Origin: Hormiphora californensis
Lineage: Eukaryota > Animalia > Ctenophora
Assembly: GCA_020137815.1 (NCBI GenBank)
Contig: CM035353.1
Location: forward strand, 2,666,001 to 2,730,000
Reading direction: 5' to 3'
DNA length: 64,000 nt
Shown: positions 1 to 39,130 of the stretch, in pieces
Position numbering within the stretch: the stretch's first letter is position 1
Layout of the letters: each line of letters opens with the position of its first letter
Made by a program: the position numbers and the translations under genes
The notes under the pieces: generated by a model
Seen by the model: only the letters and a program-made list of their open reading frames with translations
Database searches by the model: none
What the model was told of the DNA's origin: nothing

Positions 1-287
1 CTTCAAAGACACCCCTCATTTTGGGGCATGGGCAGTGATCCCTAAATTCAATCATGGTGCACAAAAGTCGGCGTCCACTACTTCCACTATGGAACAATCT
101 CCCAAAATGTGTTAGGGAGGCCTGGAATATCGAAGAACTCAATGTTATTGCTGATAGAACACCAACCAGGGGGTTGCCTAGCTAGACCGTGTTAAATGTA
201 AAGGAGGGTTAGAACATAACAACCAGGGGGTACTCACTACTCGTGTGTTCATGGGAGGGAACTCTTTCTTAAACTATGCTCTGAGCC
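1..287 (+). mobile_element. Degenerate LINE 3' fragment (CR1/L2-like ORF2 C-terminus), part of the tandem duplication unit
   Basis: Translates to ...LWNNLPKCVRE..., the WNxLP C-terminal motif of CR1/L2 ORF2; near-identical copy at ~5100-5383. Confidence 0.55.
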
Positions 288-426
288 CGACCGAATAAAA
301 TGGTCCACCCACGCATATTATGCGTCGCATAATGGTACATTGAGAATCTACGCCGGGTGTACTGATTGAGTACAAATCTTTTTTGTCAATAGTATCTTTT
401 GTATAAGTTGTCAATATATCTGTGCA

Positions 427-3400
427 ATGGGTTGGAAGGATATGAAAACGGCAGTCTTCAATCGGAACAACGCAACCATATTGATGATTCAGCTCATCTC
501 TAAAGTGTTCACGGTGTGTCCTATATTCCTTGCCTACTTATTCATTGTTATCGCCGATGATACCTCCGCGGAAGATCCTATTTTTTACTTTCAGGTGAAT
601 TCTTTTGAGTAAAAATGTGTCTGAATTATAAACCATGGCATAGCGGTACTAAATCAATAATTTCACAGAAGCTTTCGAGAACACTTTGTTTCACATTTTC
701 AGCTATTCATTTAGATATATGTTTAAGTTGCGTACTCGTTTTACAATAGATAGATTCCATACGCTTTAGTCCGGTCAATAATTCCAGATTTAAACAACTT
801 TGTTTTTTATCAGTTAAGCACGATAATACTCAGCCTTATGCAAATGGTAGTAAACCTGTCTCCTCTTACGGATTGGATGTTTACTCTCTCGCCCACAGTC
901 TTCTCTGCCTCCATTAGTGCTCTCATTGCAGCTTTATTTTCCACATATGCCTGGGGCATGCAACACCCGGACATAGCTTCAGAAGCAAAATTCATATGGG
1001 GTAAGAAATAAAAAAACTTATATCGGGAGTACTTCTGGCTACTACAACGTTGGCTAGCTCTAGTAGCCACAGTTGTATACAACGATCTGGCTACCAAAGG
1101 ACTCATTGAAACAGAACACCGTATTAGTATAATTATCGACTCATTAGTTGATAGGTAGCTATAGGTAAACGCATTAATACACACAGTTTAGGTTCGGTGG
1201 ATAAAAAACTGACAAAGTACTGTTATGACTGTCAGGCCAATGCTCTGACCACAGTTCTTGTGCGCTCTGCGTGAAAGAAATGAGAATAGGGTCAGGCCAA
1301 TGTACTACATCATCATGATGGGGTACCCCCGAGATCTTTATTGCAGAGTTGCACCCCAATTGTAGCCAGAGTTGTAAACAACTGTGGCTACTAGCCAGAG
1401 TTGTAGTGGCCAGAGATGTGACCAGAAATGTGGGTGATCTACCTCATCAGACATGTCTCTTTCGCACAGGTTTTGGAATGTACTGTTCGATTGGTGTTCT
1501 AAATATTTTATTTATTTCCTACGATAACCGGCAAACTGCTGTGGGTTTGAGCAAGAGATATGAAGTCAAAGTGGGTGTCTACAACTCGTCAGATCTTGTC
1601 TTAAGGAGTTTCATCATTGCCATTCAAACTATGATTTTTGGTATGTCCATTGGACATTGTCCAATGAACATTTACGTGATTTGTTTTTTGACATTTGATT
1701 ATACATTTTCAGTTGCCATGGGGTTACACAAGTCTTATATAATGACTATTTTTACCTTCTTACCATGACTCCTCACTCTTTTACAGGCTTATTGTATAAC
1801 CACTGGGAAGACCCAGAAGATGCTGCATTCTATTTGTGCAATCTTTTGGCAATCATAGCCCTCATGTATGCAGCGTTCGCAGCGGTGGCTTTCCGCGGCC
1901 TGGAGGGAGTGAAGAAACCAGAAAAGAAGGAAATGGGCATGATGGAGAAGGCAATCAACCAATTCAAAGTTTTTAAGGTATTTTTGGTTGTCTTGGAAGA
2001 CATTTGGGTGTGTAACTAAAATAATTCTTTCAGAACTGTGAAGCGAGGGATATTGCTTTAGCGTTTCAACTGCGAAACCAAATATCGTTTGCTCGTTTGA
2101 ACGGTTCTTTGTTACTCGTTTTCTATATGAGTGAGTAGCTTCCAAAATACACTAATACAGTTGTATTACTTCAGCTTCGTAAGTAAATCTGTTATCTGCG
2201 TTCACCAGTCAGAATATATAATAAGTAAAATGTAGGATGTGCTGTATAATTAATGGGGTCTCTTTTATAGGTATTGGTATGAATAGTGAAACAGTGGGGT
2301 ACTTTGTTACTTCTGTTATGTCCTGTAGAGTATTGGTAGGCATAGCAAATCTATTCAAATACAAGTAAGCCGCTATACTAATTATTGTTCTAAAAAATTT
2401 AATGCAATGAGTCATTATATCTGTCGGATATAATGCAACTTGCTTAACCCCATTTTCTACTAGATACAATTGGAGAAGATGGGTATTTTCCGCAATGATA
2501 ATGATAGTGGTGAATGTAGTTGTCAAAATCCTCGGCCTTATCAGTAATTATATTTCTTGATAGACGATAGTTTCCATAAAAAATCAAGATACATATATGG
2601 TTTCATGATGTTCATATTTCAAAATATTTGTTCCAATTACAGTATAACAGTGCTGCTTGCAGTCAAAATACGGTAACGCAAAATACAGTAAGGAGACGCG
2701 CACGGTGCATAACACGCACAAAAAGTTCATGTGTCAGCACAAACTAGCGCCCTGATTGGTCACGGTTGCGCGTCGTCTTACTGTATCTTCGTTTTCCATT
2801 ATCGTTTTCCCACTACAAGCGACCGTGTAATTAAATACGACAAACAGTTTATCAATGTACAGTTAAGGCCAGAGGGGGGGGGGGGTCGACCGATTTTTGA
2901 CCCCCATTTTGGGCCATTTTCGGGGTTACCATCATGTGATAGCGCTTGGCATACTGGACCAGATGTATATGACAAAATGTGTTGTGCGCGAACGGTCTGG
3001 GAGAATAATGGGGTTAACTTTTGGCCTGATATCAATGTAAACCCCATTATTTTAGGACTGGTAGGGGTAGGGACATCTGACTAAGTCTCAAACTCTTTGT
3101 CTTATCAAGAGGGATCACTCTAAAAATTTTTATACCATAAATCCAACTGATCTTTGAATTATTTGAGGTTAACTAAATCTGGAAAAATGACTATTATGGC
3201 TCCCCTCTAAACCCCATCGTTTCACAGGACTAGCCAATTCCTGAAATAACGGCTAGGATCTAGACCTTGTCGTTTGGTACACTTGTTCTACAGACCTAGG
3301 AGCCTGAAACTTATGTAGCGATTTTTGATTTAGGTCCGCGTTCAAAAATTATGGAGGTTAACGTGGATTTTTTCTCGATCGAAAATGTGTTAACCTCCAT

Positions 3401-4335
3401 AATTTTTGAACGGGGACCTAAATCAAAAATCGCTACATAAGTTTCAGGCTACTAGGTCTGTAGAACAAGTGTGCCAAACGACAAGGTCTAGATCCTAGCC
3501 GTTATTTCAGGAATTGGCTAGTCCTGTGAAACGATGGGGTTTAGAGGGGAGCCATAATAGTCATTTTTCCAGATTTAGTTAACCTCAAATAATTCAAAGA
3601 TCAGTTGGATTTATGGTGTAAAAATTTTTAGAGTGATCCCTCTTGATAAGACAAAGAGTTTGAGACTTAGTCAGATGTCCCTACCCCTACCAGTCCTAAA
3701 ATAATGGGGTTTACATTGATATCAGGCCAAACGTTAACCCCATTTTTCTCCCAGACCGTTTGCGCACAACACATTTTGTCATATCCATCTGGTCCAGTAT
3801 GCCAAGCGCTATCACATGATGGTAACCCCGAAAATGGCCCAAAATGGGGGTCAAAAATCGGTCGACCCCCCCCCCCCTCTGGCCTTAAATTCCCATTTCA
3901 GGTTTCTGGATTGTCTGGAAAGGTATCCCAATACTGAATGGCATCTCGGACCCTCCTTCCCTTGACTACTTGCCCCTTCCTGTTCTCGTGTTTGTCTGTT
4001 TTAACTCTTTCCAGGTTTTGCTCACCGGTGTAGGAGATCAAATCCTGCTGGAGTGCACCCAAACTGAAGTTCCACCTGCTGAGAGGGGATCCGTTTTCGC
4101 CGCCACCAACTTCCTATGCTGTACCTATCTAGTCGTGTACGGGATAATCACTCTACTGCTACCGAATCCAAACCTCATCTACCTTTGTTTGTTTCTATCA
4201 GTACTGTTAGCTGACTTGTGGATTTTGGTACTCGCTTTCAGAGTAAAAAAGAAAGTTGGTGGAAGAACGGTAACCGCTCTGACATTTGAAGTTGAATCTC
4301 TAATGGAACATCAGTCATCTGCTGACGAGGAATAA
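427..4335 (+). CDS. Ferroportin (SLC40)-like MFS transporter, copy 1, 8 exons
   Basis: GT-AG exons 427-594, 814-1000, 1470-1640, 1787-1977, 2034-2130, 2271-2364, 2464-2543, 3902-4335 join in frame. Many hydrophobic helices; C-terminal QTEVPPAERGSVFA...LLLPNPN resembles ferroportin QENVIESERGIING...ILAPNPE. Confidence 0.75.
1034..1414. mobile_element. Imperfect inverted-repeat insertion (MITE-like) in intron 2 of copy 1
   Basis: ctggctactacaac...tagtagccacagttg at left is inverted at right (caactgtggctacta...gttgtagtggccag); absent from the ~63-nt equivalent intron of copy 2. Confidence 0.5.
2867..3884. mobile_element. ~1-kb fold-back MITE, Kolobok-like (TTAA TSD, GG...CC termini)
   Basis: TTAA|GGCCAGAGGGG...CCCCTCTGGCC|TTAA; two ~500-bp near-perfect inverted arms around a short spacer at ~3363-3388; absent from copy 2. 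Confidence 0.8.
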
Positions 4336-5099
4336 TTATCAAACTATGTAAGGACCATGGTGCCGATATGACCTGATGAAAATGTGAACATAATTCGTAG
4401 CAAAATTTTAACAAGCTAGCAAAAAATAGACTTCCATAGATACAGCACTAACTGACGCACCAGTTACAGATTGATACCCTGATATCAGGGGACGTTCCCC
4501 GATGGCCGGGCATGCGGGAGGGTCTGTGGGAACCATGCTGCATTGCTGTGCGTCAAGTAAATTGAATAGAAAGTAAAGCTGAACTCGCACGTCAGCACTC
4601 ACTTTATTCCCAGCCATGCATCCATTGATGCCTGGGAACGAATCTGTAACTGGTCCCTGAAGATGACAATTCTGAAATTTATTGTGCAGCGACGGCACGC
4701 AAGGACATGATATGTCACTATAATCTACGGTTTTTATCTCCAAATCTACTGTATTTTGCCAACTTTGTTGAATTTTGACAGCTAAACTAGAATTTAATTT
4801 GAATTGATTTTTCACCGAATAAGAAGTCTCAAAACCGCGATCATCAATTAACTTCGAATACAAAAACCGTGTTTTTCGCAGGTTTAGCTTGACTGTTCTG
4901 CAGTGTGGAATCCGTCATCGGTTGGTGAGATTGGCCAATTGGAGCAGCGAAATTTTACCAGGCGTATCCTCGGCTGTCAGAACTTTGACTACTGGGAACG
5001 ACTTGCTTTTCTAGTCCCTGCAGACTCAGAGGCGCTATTTCCTGATCCTTTTATGTTCAAAATCTGAAAGGAACTAGCTCCAAACGAACCCGGATTTGG

Positions 5100-5383
5100 C
5101 TTCAAAGACACCCCTGCATGGGCATTGGGCAGTGATCCCTAAATTCAACCATGGGGCACAAAAGTCGGCGTCCACTACTTCCACTATGGAACAATCTCCC
5201 AAAATGTGTTAGGAAGGCCTGGAATATCGAAGAACTCAAGGTTATTGCTGATAGAACACCAACCAGGGGGTTGCCTAGCTAGACTGTGTTAAATGTAAAG
5301 GAGGGTTAGAACATAACAACCAGGGGGTACTCACTACTCGTGTGTTCATGGGAGGGAACTCTTTCTTAAACTATGCTCTGAGC
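5100..5383 (+). repeat. Second copy of the LINE 3' fragment, upstream of transporter copy 2
   Basis: Direct repeat of 1-287. Confidence 0.7.
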
Positions 5384-5489
5384 CGGGGCACGGAAATTCT
5401 GATTAATGAGTTCAGAAAGGCTTAATTAATCTTAGTGGACGAAGGGTCTCGGTCTTTCCGCTGTTCCGGATCTCTTGGTGGTTTCGTTT

Positions 5490-5625
5490 AGGTTTTGAGG
5501 TTTGGAGGTTTGGAGGAGGTTTGGAGGTTTGGTGGAGGTTTAGAGGTTTGGTGGAGGTTTAGAGGTTTGGTGGTTGGTGGAGGTTTGGTGGAGGTTTGCT
5601 GGTTGTTTGGTTTGGAGGTTGGTAT
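5490..5625. repeat. GGAGGTTT-type short-period tandem repeat
   Basis: Repeated ggaggttt/ggtggaggttt units. Confidence 0.7.
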
Positions 5626-5944
5626 TGCGGGGTTTGTCTCGGTTCTTTGGGTTTGGTCTGGCAGCATGATTCATGTTCTCAACTTACTCGACTAACCTCA
5701 TCATTCGAATGATGCCTTCCACTGTATACTACCCCCTGTATCAAGCATGAGGGAAACACGCGGTGTCTTATCATGGGGCAGCATGGCATTGCCGAATGGG
5801 ACGATCCACCCACGCACCTGGTCATATACTGCTACATATATTGAGAATCTGGGTGTAATGATTAAGTATCAATAGAATACTTCGTATCGGTTACATATTA
5901 TACGTATTATATTTCGTATTAATTGGCAACACATATCTGTGCCA

Positions 5945-8611
5945 ATGGGTTCATGGAAGGAAATGAAGGCGGTTGTCTTCACCCGGAACAATGCTGCTAT
6001 AATGATTATCCAGTTCATCTCTAAACTATTTTTTGTGTGCCCCCTCTTCGTTGCCTACTTATTCATTGTCATCGCCGATGATACTTCTCCCGAGGATCCA
6101 GTTTTCTACTTTCAGGTGTATTTAGTCACTTTATAGGGAGCCCTTTACTTTAGATTTCCCGGGACCAATTCCCGCTTTGACCCAGATACATGTCCTGATA
6201 CAATGAAATATAAGTGTTTATTTAGGACACAATCTCCGAGTCGTCTGCAGTCCTAAATAAACACTTTTTCATTGTATCAGAACTATGCGACTCAAAAACA
6301 GCCGATTGGTCAGCTTATTGATTCAAATTTACTGATTCCAGACGCGTTTCTAATGGCATCTTAATTTATTTTCAGATCAGCTCTGTAGTTCTCAACATCA
6401 TGCAAATAGCGATTAGCCTAACTCCTCTTACGGATTGGATGTTCACTCTCTCGCCCACAGTCTTCTCTATTTCCATTTGTGCTCTCATTGCTAGTCTATT
6501 CTCCACATATGCCTGGGGCATGAAACACCCGGATATCGGATCAGAAACTAAACTCATATGGGGTAAGAACTAAAGAACTAATATATCGGGAATACGTCGC
6601 TAAGCTTGGCTGATCCCTCTCACAGGTTTTGGAATGTATTGTGTGATTGGTGTTCTAAACATTTTGTTTATGTCTTACAACAATCGGCAAACCGCTCCGG
6701 GAATAAGCAAGAAATACAACGTCAAAGTGGGTGTCTACAATACGTCGAATCTTATTTTCAAGAGTTCCATCTCCGCTTTGCAAATTATGGTTTTTGGTAG
6801 GTTCAAAAAAAATTATTCCATCTTTTTGTCGATCAATCAATCAATCCCGGCCCTGAGTTAGACTTCTTACCATGACCCTTCACTCTTTTACAGGCTTATT
6901 GTATAACCACTGGGAAAATCCAGAAGATGCTGCATTCTATTTGTGCAATCTTTTGGCAATCATAGCCCTCTTGTATGCAGCGTTCGCAGCGATAGCTTTC
7001 CGTGGCCTGGAGGGAGTGAAGAAACCAGAAAAGGATGGAATGGGGATTATAAGGAAGACGATCAACCAATTCAAAGTTTTTAAGGTATTTTTGGTAGTCT
7101 TGGATAAACTTGTGGGTGTGTGTGTGTACTAACGTAATTCTTCTAGAACTGCAAGACGAGGGATGTTGCTTTAGCGTTTCAGCTGCGTACTCAGATATCT
7201 TTTGCCAAAATGAACGGGAATGTGCTGTTAGTGTTCCTAATGAGTAAGTACATTATCAACAGGAACCGACCGAAACAAGTAAACGACCAATCAGAACTCG
7301 TTATTTAGGTCACATGACTGGTTATCAGCCAATCAGGGACCAGTATTTCCTGATTCGGTCGGTTCCTGATTATCAATGAATGAGATCTGTGTGAAAGTGA
7401 GATTAGCAGCCAGCGAAGATATTAAAAATCTTGTTCCAGTAAGTACATTGATGGAATACTCTTTATACCAGTCAGAAACTACTGACACGGGTGCTTGTAG
7501 TGAGAATACGGTATCAGTTCAACACGGTATCAGTTCAACACGGTAAAACGAAACGCAAGCGGGACCAAAAGCACTTGCGCATTACGCCAAGTCCGCAACA
7601 TTACGGTATCCACCATTACCGTATCTTCACTACAAGCACCCCGATTTACCGGGCAAATCATTTCCCACGGGCATCCTGGTAATCGGGAAGAACCCCACAA
7701 CCAGGAACCGACCGAATCAGGAAGTACTGTACCTGATTGGCTGATAACCAGTCACGTGATCTAAATAACGAGTTCTGATTGGTTGTTTACTTGTTTTGGT
7801 CGGTTCCTCCCCACTAATATACCCAATATTCTTCAGGTATTGGTCTGAATAGTAACACAGCGGGCTACTTCGTAAGTGCTGTTATGATGGCTAAAGTGGT
7901 GACGGGCATAGGAAATCTATTCAAATACAAGTAAGCCGATGGAAAATAATAGACTTTAATGAGTCAACAGCCATTCTATCTGAACTCTTCTCCTTATAGG
8001 TACAACTGGCGAAGCTGGGTCTTTTCTTCAATGATAATGATATCTCTAAACGTAATGGTTAAATGCCTTTGCCTTTTCGGTAATTATATTTGATGATTGT
8101 CCTGACTGACTTTTAAATATTAATTACGACTTTATTTCCAAATACTTGTTCCAATTACAGTTTGACTATCATTTCAGTTTTCTGGATTGTCTGGAAAGGT
8201 ATCCCAATACTGAATGGCATTTCGGACCCTCCTTCCCTTGACTACTTGCCCCTTCCTGTTCTCGTGTATCTCGTGTTGAATACTATCCAGGTTATTTTTA
8301 CGGGGATGGGAGATCAAATCCTAATGGAGTGCACCCAAACTGAAGTTCCACCTGCTGAGAGAGGATCCGTTTTCGCCGCGTCCAACTTCCTATGCTGTAC
8401 CTATCTAGTCGTGTACGGGATAATCACTCTACTGCTACCGAATCCAAACCTCATCTACCTTTCCCTGATTTTGTCAGTGTTTTTTGCGGACTTGTGGGTT
8501 CTTGTGCTAGCTTTCCGCGTGAGAAAACAAGTTGGTCGAAAAACAGTCACATCTCTGACATTTGAAGTTGAATCTCTTATGGAAAATCAGTCGGATACCG
8601 ATTACGATTAA
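5945..8611 (+). CDS. Ferroportin (SLC40)-like MFS transporter, copy 2, 8 exons
   Basis: Same exon layout as copy 1 (5945-6115, 6376-6562, 6626-6796, 6894-7084, ..., last exon 8178-8611); homologous protein ending ...VESLMENQSDTDYD*. Confidence 0.75.
7260..7368. mobile_element. hAT-like ~109-bp MITE (CAGGAACCGACCGA family)
   Basis: TIR CAGGAACCGACCGAA...TTCGGTCGGTTCCTG with 8-bp TSD ATTATCAA. Confidence 0.85.
7488..7645. mobile_element. Small MITE (GGGTGCTTGTAGTGA...TCACTACAAGCACCC)
   Basis: Terminal inverted repeats; a diverged relative at ~2654-2822. Confidence 0.55.
7702..7808. mobile_element. hAT-like MITE copy (reverse orientation)
   Basis: Same family as 7260-7368. Confidence 0.8.
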
Positions 8612-8871
8612 TTTGATGTTGTTTGGCTCGCGCTCTGTGATGCCAACATATATAACAATTTAACAATATAACAATTTGACAATTTTGGTAGATATTTTGA
8701 AGTGACTAGATCGATCCTACCAATTTGTTAGTACAGTAGTTGAACTGTGTGTGTGAACAAGGGTCAGCACACATCTATGGCAAACTTTTAATTCTAATTT
8801 TGCCGAATAGTAGGTGTGTGCTGACCCCAACTAAATTGGGACAGTGTTGAAGAGGTGATCTGTATTTCACA

Positions 8872-9028
8872 ATAAAGTCGGATTTTTTGAAGTTGTCACC
8901 CCCCTTCTCGTGCGCGGAATGTTTTTGCGCGTCACATCACATGTTAACGTGTGGTGTGCGCGGCAAAATTGATAAATTTCACACGCGCGGTCATTTTGGG
9001 GTGACAACTTCAAAAAATCCGACTTTAT
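8872..9028. mobile_element. Palindromic MITE
   Basis: ataaagtcggattttttgaagttgtcacccc ... ggggtgacaacttcaaaaaatccgactttat. Confidence 0.65.
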
Positions 9029-9061
9029 GTAACACACTGAATGTGTACTGGAATCATGAAG

Positions 9062-9104
9062 GTTTCAAACTTTTCACCACTGCATTTTAATAAAATAATT
9101 TGAG
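9062..9104 (+). other. Diverged spliced-leader-like relic
   Basis: GTTTCAAACTTTTCACCACTGCATTTTAATAAAATAATTTGAG aligns with the 38-mer at both LINE 5' ends; not followed by a GT donor. Confidence 0.6.
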
Positions 9105-9374
9105 TTCCTGAATGAAGCCGCAAGGCAAAAGCTAGAAACCACGACTTTTTACTACCGGTGCCAAATACCCCCCCCCCCCCCCCGGCTAGTGCAGTACTAG
9201 AAGTAGAACGGAAGCATCAAGTACCTGCATTCCACGAGGTCGCCCAAAACCAGTTGGACAAACACAAGGCAACCCATGTCCCATGATGCATGTATCATAT
9301 TGTACATATCATATTGTACATATTGTATAGAATGATTGTAAACCCTCTTCTAATCTCGTTAACACAACCACATC

Positions 9375-35639
<26,265 letters not shown>

Positions 35640-35647
<8 letters not shown>

Positions 35648-36280
35648 GGTAACTACTATATGGAGAGAGGGACAGGTTAGTATACAGAGTTACCATGGTA
35701 ACTACTATATGGAGAGAGGGACAGGTTAGTATACAGAGTTACCATGGTAACTACTATATGGAGAGAGGAACAGGTTAGTATACAGAGTTACCATGGTGAC
35801 TACTATATGGAGAGAGGAACAGGTTAGTATGTAGAGTTACCATGGTAACTACTATATGGAGAGAGAGACAGGTTAGTATACAGAGTTACCATGGTAACTA
35901 CTATATGGAGAGAGGGATAGGTTAGTATGTAGAGTTACCATGGTAACTACTATATGGAGAGAGGGACAGGTTAGTATACAGAGTTACCATGGTAACTACT
36001 ATATGGAGAGAGGGACAGGTTAGTATACAGAGTTACCATGGTAACTACTATATGGAGAGAGGGACAGGTTAGTATACAGAGTTACCATGGTAACTACTAT
36101 ATGGAGAGAGGGACAGGTTAGTATGTAGAGTTACCATGGTAACTACTATATGGAGAGAGGGACATGTTAGTATACAGAGTTACCATGGTAACTACTATAT
36201 GGAGAGAGGGACAGGTTAGTATGTAGAGTTACCATGGTAACTACTATATGGAGAGAGGGACAGGTTAGTATGTAGAGGTT
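35640..36280. repeat. 49-bp minisatellite containing branch point, pyrimidine tract, AG and ATG of the PI3K-like gene
   Basis: ~13 units; minus strand TACTAAC-ctgtccctctctccatatAG-tagttaccATGgtaac. Confidence 0.92.
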
Positions 36281-36592
36281 AGAGTTTGCTACGGCATGGG
36301 AAGGGGTAGGACTAGAAATACGAGAAAAGTGACTAAAGTCGAACTCCGACACACCCATTGACCCAATATGCCTTCCTTAGTATATACCCTACTAAAGTAG
36401 TCTAGCTGTAGCCATTCAGACAAGAATTCATTTAAACCGTCTGACTAGTAATGGGTAAATGTGTGTAGCAGTGGGCCGGTGACCGGTCCGTGGGGAATCA
36501 CCCGGTACGGGGTTTGGGGAACCAGTAATTGTATGACACTCATGACCAGTTATAGCTACTGCCCTCCTCTGAATCACCATAGTATCGATACT

Positions 36593-37171
36593 GGGGGGGG
36601 GTAATCATGGTGACAAATGGTGACAAATGGTGACATATGGTGACAAATGGTGATGGTGACATGACCAAAATTTTGAGATGAGTCACCATTTGTCACCATT
36701 CTCTCTGGAGCTTCCTACAGGCATAATATGATGTTATGGGACATAATATGATGTTATGGGACACTGGGGGACACTTCTACCAAGTTTCAAGTCGATTGGA
36801 TGTAATTAAGGGGTCACAGGTGGTTAATTGCGCTTTTATGTGTTGTGCGAGGGAGGTACACCCTCAACGTGACTTTCGGGAAGTTTTAGCGGTCCAAAAC
36901 ACTACTAGCCGATCCGGAATGGCCATGTTAACAACTTATGAACAAATATATCGGTCTAAAGAAATTAAAAATTTTAATCAAATTTCTTTAAAAATTTTAA
37001 AGAAATTCTGCCGAAATCCGCATATTTCGTCAAAAAATGGAGACAAATGGAGAAAAATGGTGACAAATGGAGATAAATGGTGACAAATGGTGATGGTGAC
37101 ATACCCTAAATGGTCAGATGAGTCACCATTTGTCGCCATTTGTCACCATTTGTCACCATGATAACCCCCCC
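36593..37171. mobile_element. MITE with G/C-run termini, subterminal GGTGACAAAT repeats, 8-bp TSD TCGATACT
   Basis: tcgatact|GGGGGGGGGTAATCATGGTGACAAAT...ATTTGTCACCATGATAACCCCCCC|tcgatact. Confidence 0.75.
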
Positions 37172-37238
37172 TCGATACTAAAACCTCACTAGAATAGTAC
37201 GATATGTGATTCTCTACCTAATTGCTCCATCACTGATA

Positions 37239-39130
37239 GTCAGGGCATATTATGATGACAAAATGAGGGCATAATTGTTATCAAGCTGATTCCACTTCTA
37301 GTAGGTCCTAATTTGTTTACTCATTTTTTGGCATTTTAGGTTAGTTTTCGAGTACATTGGCATACTTTGACCGCAAATATCCACAGAACGGTTAGAGATA
37401 GGCCATACATTTCTTCACAACTCTTAGATTAACTTTTTCTTCTGAACAAAATGGCCCCAGTGAAAAGTCTCTAAACCACTCCAGAGTGGCTATAGCCATT
37501 TAGCCAAAAAACGGTTATGCGCATCTCCTGCTCATCTAATTATCCAATTATCTAATTAACCAGATGAGATAGAGACTTAATTTCCGCACCTACCCCCACA
37601 CGGCGTGCCTGGTGAAACTTTAACACGACCTAGCATGCTGCGGGAAACCACCACTTGTACGTGGTAGCTGAGGGTCTACAGAATGGCGCTACGGTGCGGG
37701 AATTTCCCGAAAAATCCATAATGACTTAGCACACGATATTATGTCACCCCCACCTATTTTTGCACGTAGAATCGATTGCCGTTGAAGTCGAATCTCTAAA
37801 ATGACTGTAAAATGGTCAAAAGTCGATTTTTTACCGTTTTTTGGAGGTTTTTGGCCCCTAAACTATTGAAAACGTTGAGATAGGAATTTGGAACTAGTGC
37901 CAATCGTTAAAATGGTCATTTTTCTACCAAGAACCAAGTTTTCGTGTATATCCGATTTATGGTTAGATTTGGGCAAATTGTTGAAATCTGCCAACTAGGA
38001 GAACCGTAACTTGATTTTTTCCTTTTTTATACTTTGGCATTTTTGACAAACTTCTGATTGAAATGGCCAATCGGGACCATGCTTAAGTTGTTTATGGGAC
38101 AATTTTCGACTAAAATCCAAGATTTCATACCAATCAAATAACAGATCGTTGATTTATAGAAAATTTAAGTAGGCAAAACGGTCAAAATAAGCAAGAAAAG
38201 TTGTTATTTTGACCGTTTTGCCTACTTAAATTTTCTATAAATCAACGATATGTTATTGGATTAGTATGAAATCTTGGATTTTAGTCGAAAATTGTCCCAT
38301 AAACAACTTAAGCATGGTCCAGATTGGCCATTTCAATCAGAAGTTTGTCAAAAATGCCAAAGTATAAAAAAGGAAAAAATCAAGTTACGGTTCTCCTAGT
38401 TGGCAGATTTCAACAATTTGCCCAAATCTAACCATATATCGGATATACACGAAAACTTGGTTCTTGGTAGAAAAATGACCATTTTAACGATTGGCACTAG
38501 TTCCAAATTCCTATCTCAACGTTTTCAATGGTTTAGGGGCCAAAAACCTCCAAAAAACGGTAAAAAATCGACTTTTGACCATTTTACAGTCATTTTAGAG
38601 ATTCGACTTCAACGGCAATCGATTCTACGTGCAAAAATAGGTGGGGGTGACATATATCGTGTGCTAAGTCATTATGGATTTTTCGGGACCACGTTTAATA
38701 TACCCAATTTTGGCCCAAATCAAAAAAGGGTAAAAAAAAATTTTTTAGGCAATGGAATGTTTTTTCCCCGCACCGTAGCGCCATTCTGTAGACCCTCAGC
38801 TACCACGTACAAGTGGTGGTTTCCCGCTGCATGCTAGGTCGTGTTAAAGTTTCACCAGGCACGCCGTGCCCACTAATGCGAGGACGCTACACATTTTAGT
38901 GTCCTTAGATTTGTCTCTACTCCTTTCCTAAGCCCCGTTTTGGTTTTCGCCAGAAGGCTTAAAACATAGGTAAAAGGGCGTGGCCAAAAATCCCAACTTC
39001 TTCATCGATAAAATCGCAGCCAACTTTTTTGGTGGTTCTAGGGACCTATTAGACCCTACTAGAAGTGGAATCAGCTTGATAACAATTATGCCCTCATAAT
39101 TTTAATTATTTTGTCATCATATGCCCTGAC
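37239..39130. mobile_element. GTCAGGGCAT-family MITE (TA TSD) carrying a nested element
   Basis: Same termini and internal sequence as 27493-28818. Confidence 0.8.
37599..38868. mobile_element. Chapaev-like fold-back MITE (CAC...GTG termini, 4-bp TSD CCCA)
   Basis: CCCA|CACGGCGTGCCTGG...CCAGGCACGCCGTG|CCCA; empty site tacccccactaat seen at ~28554; long inverted arms centred ~38195. Confidence 0.8.

Noticed and set aside
1174-1359. Possible further PI3K (C2) exon on the minus strand
   Set aside because: Lies inside an inverted-repeat insertion, with no convincing motif or splice phase.
2731-3937. Mirror ORFs within the palindrome as a transposase
   Set aside because: Short, with no DDE motifs; the element is non-autonomous.
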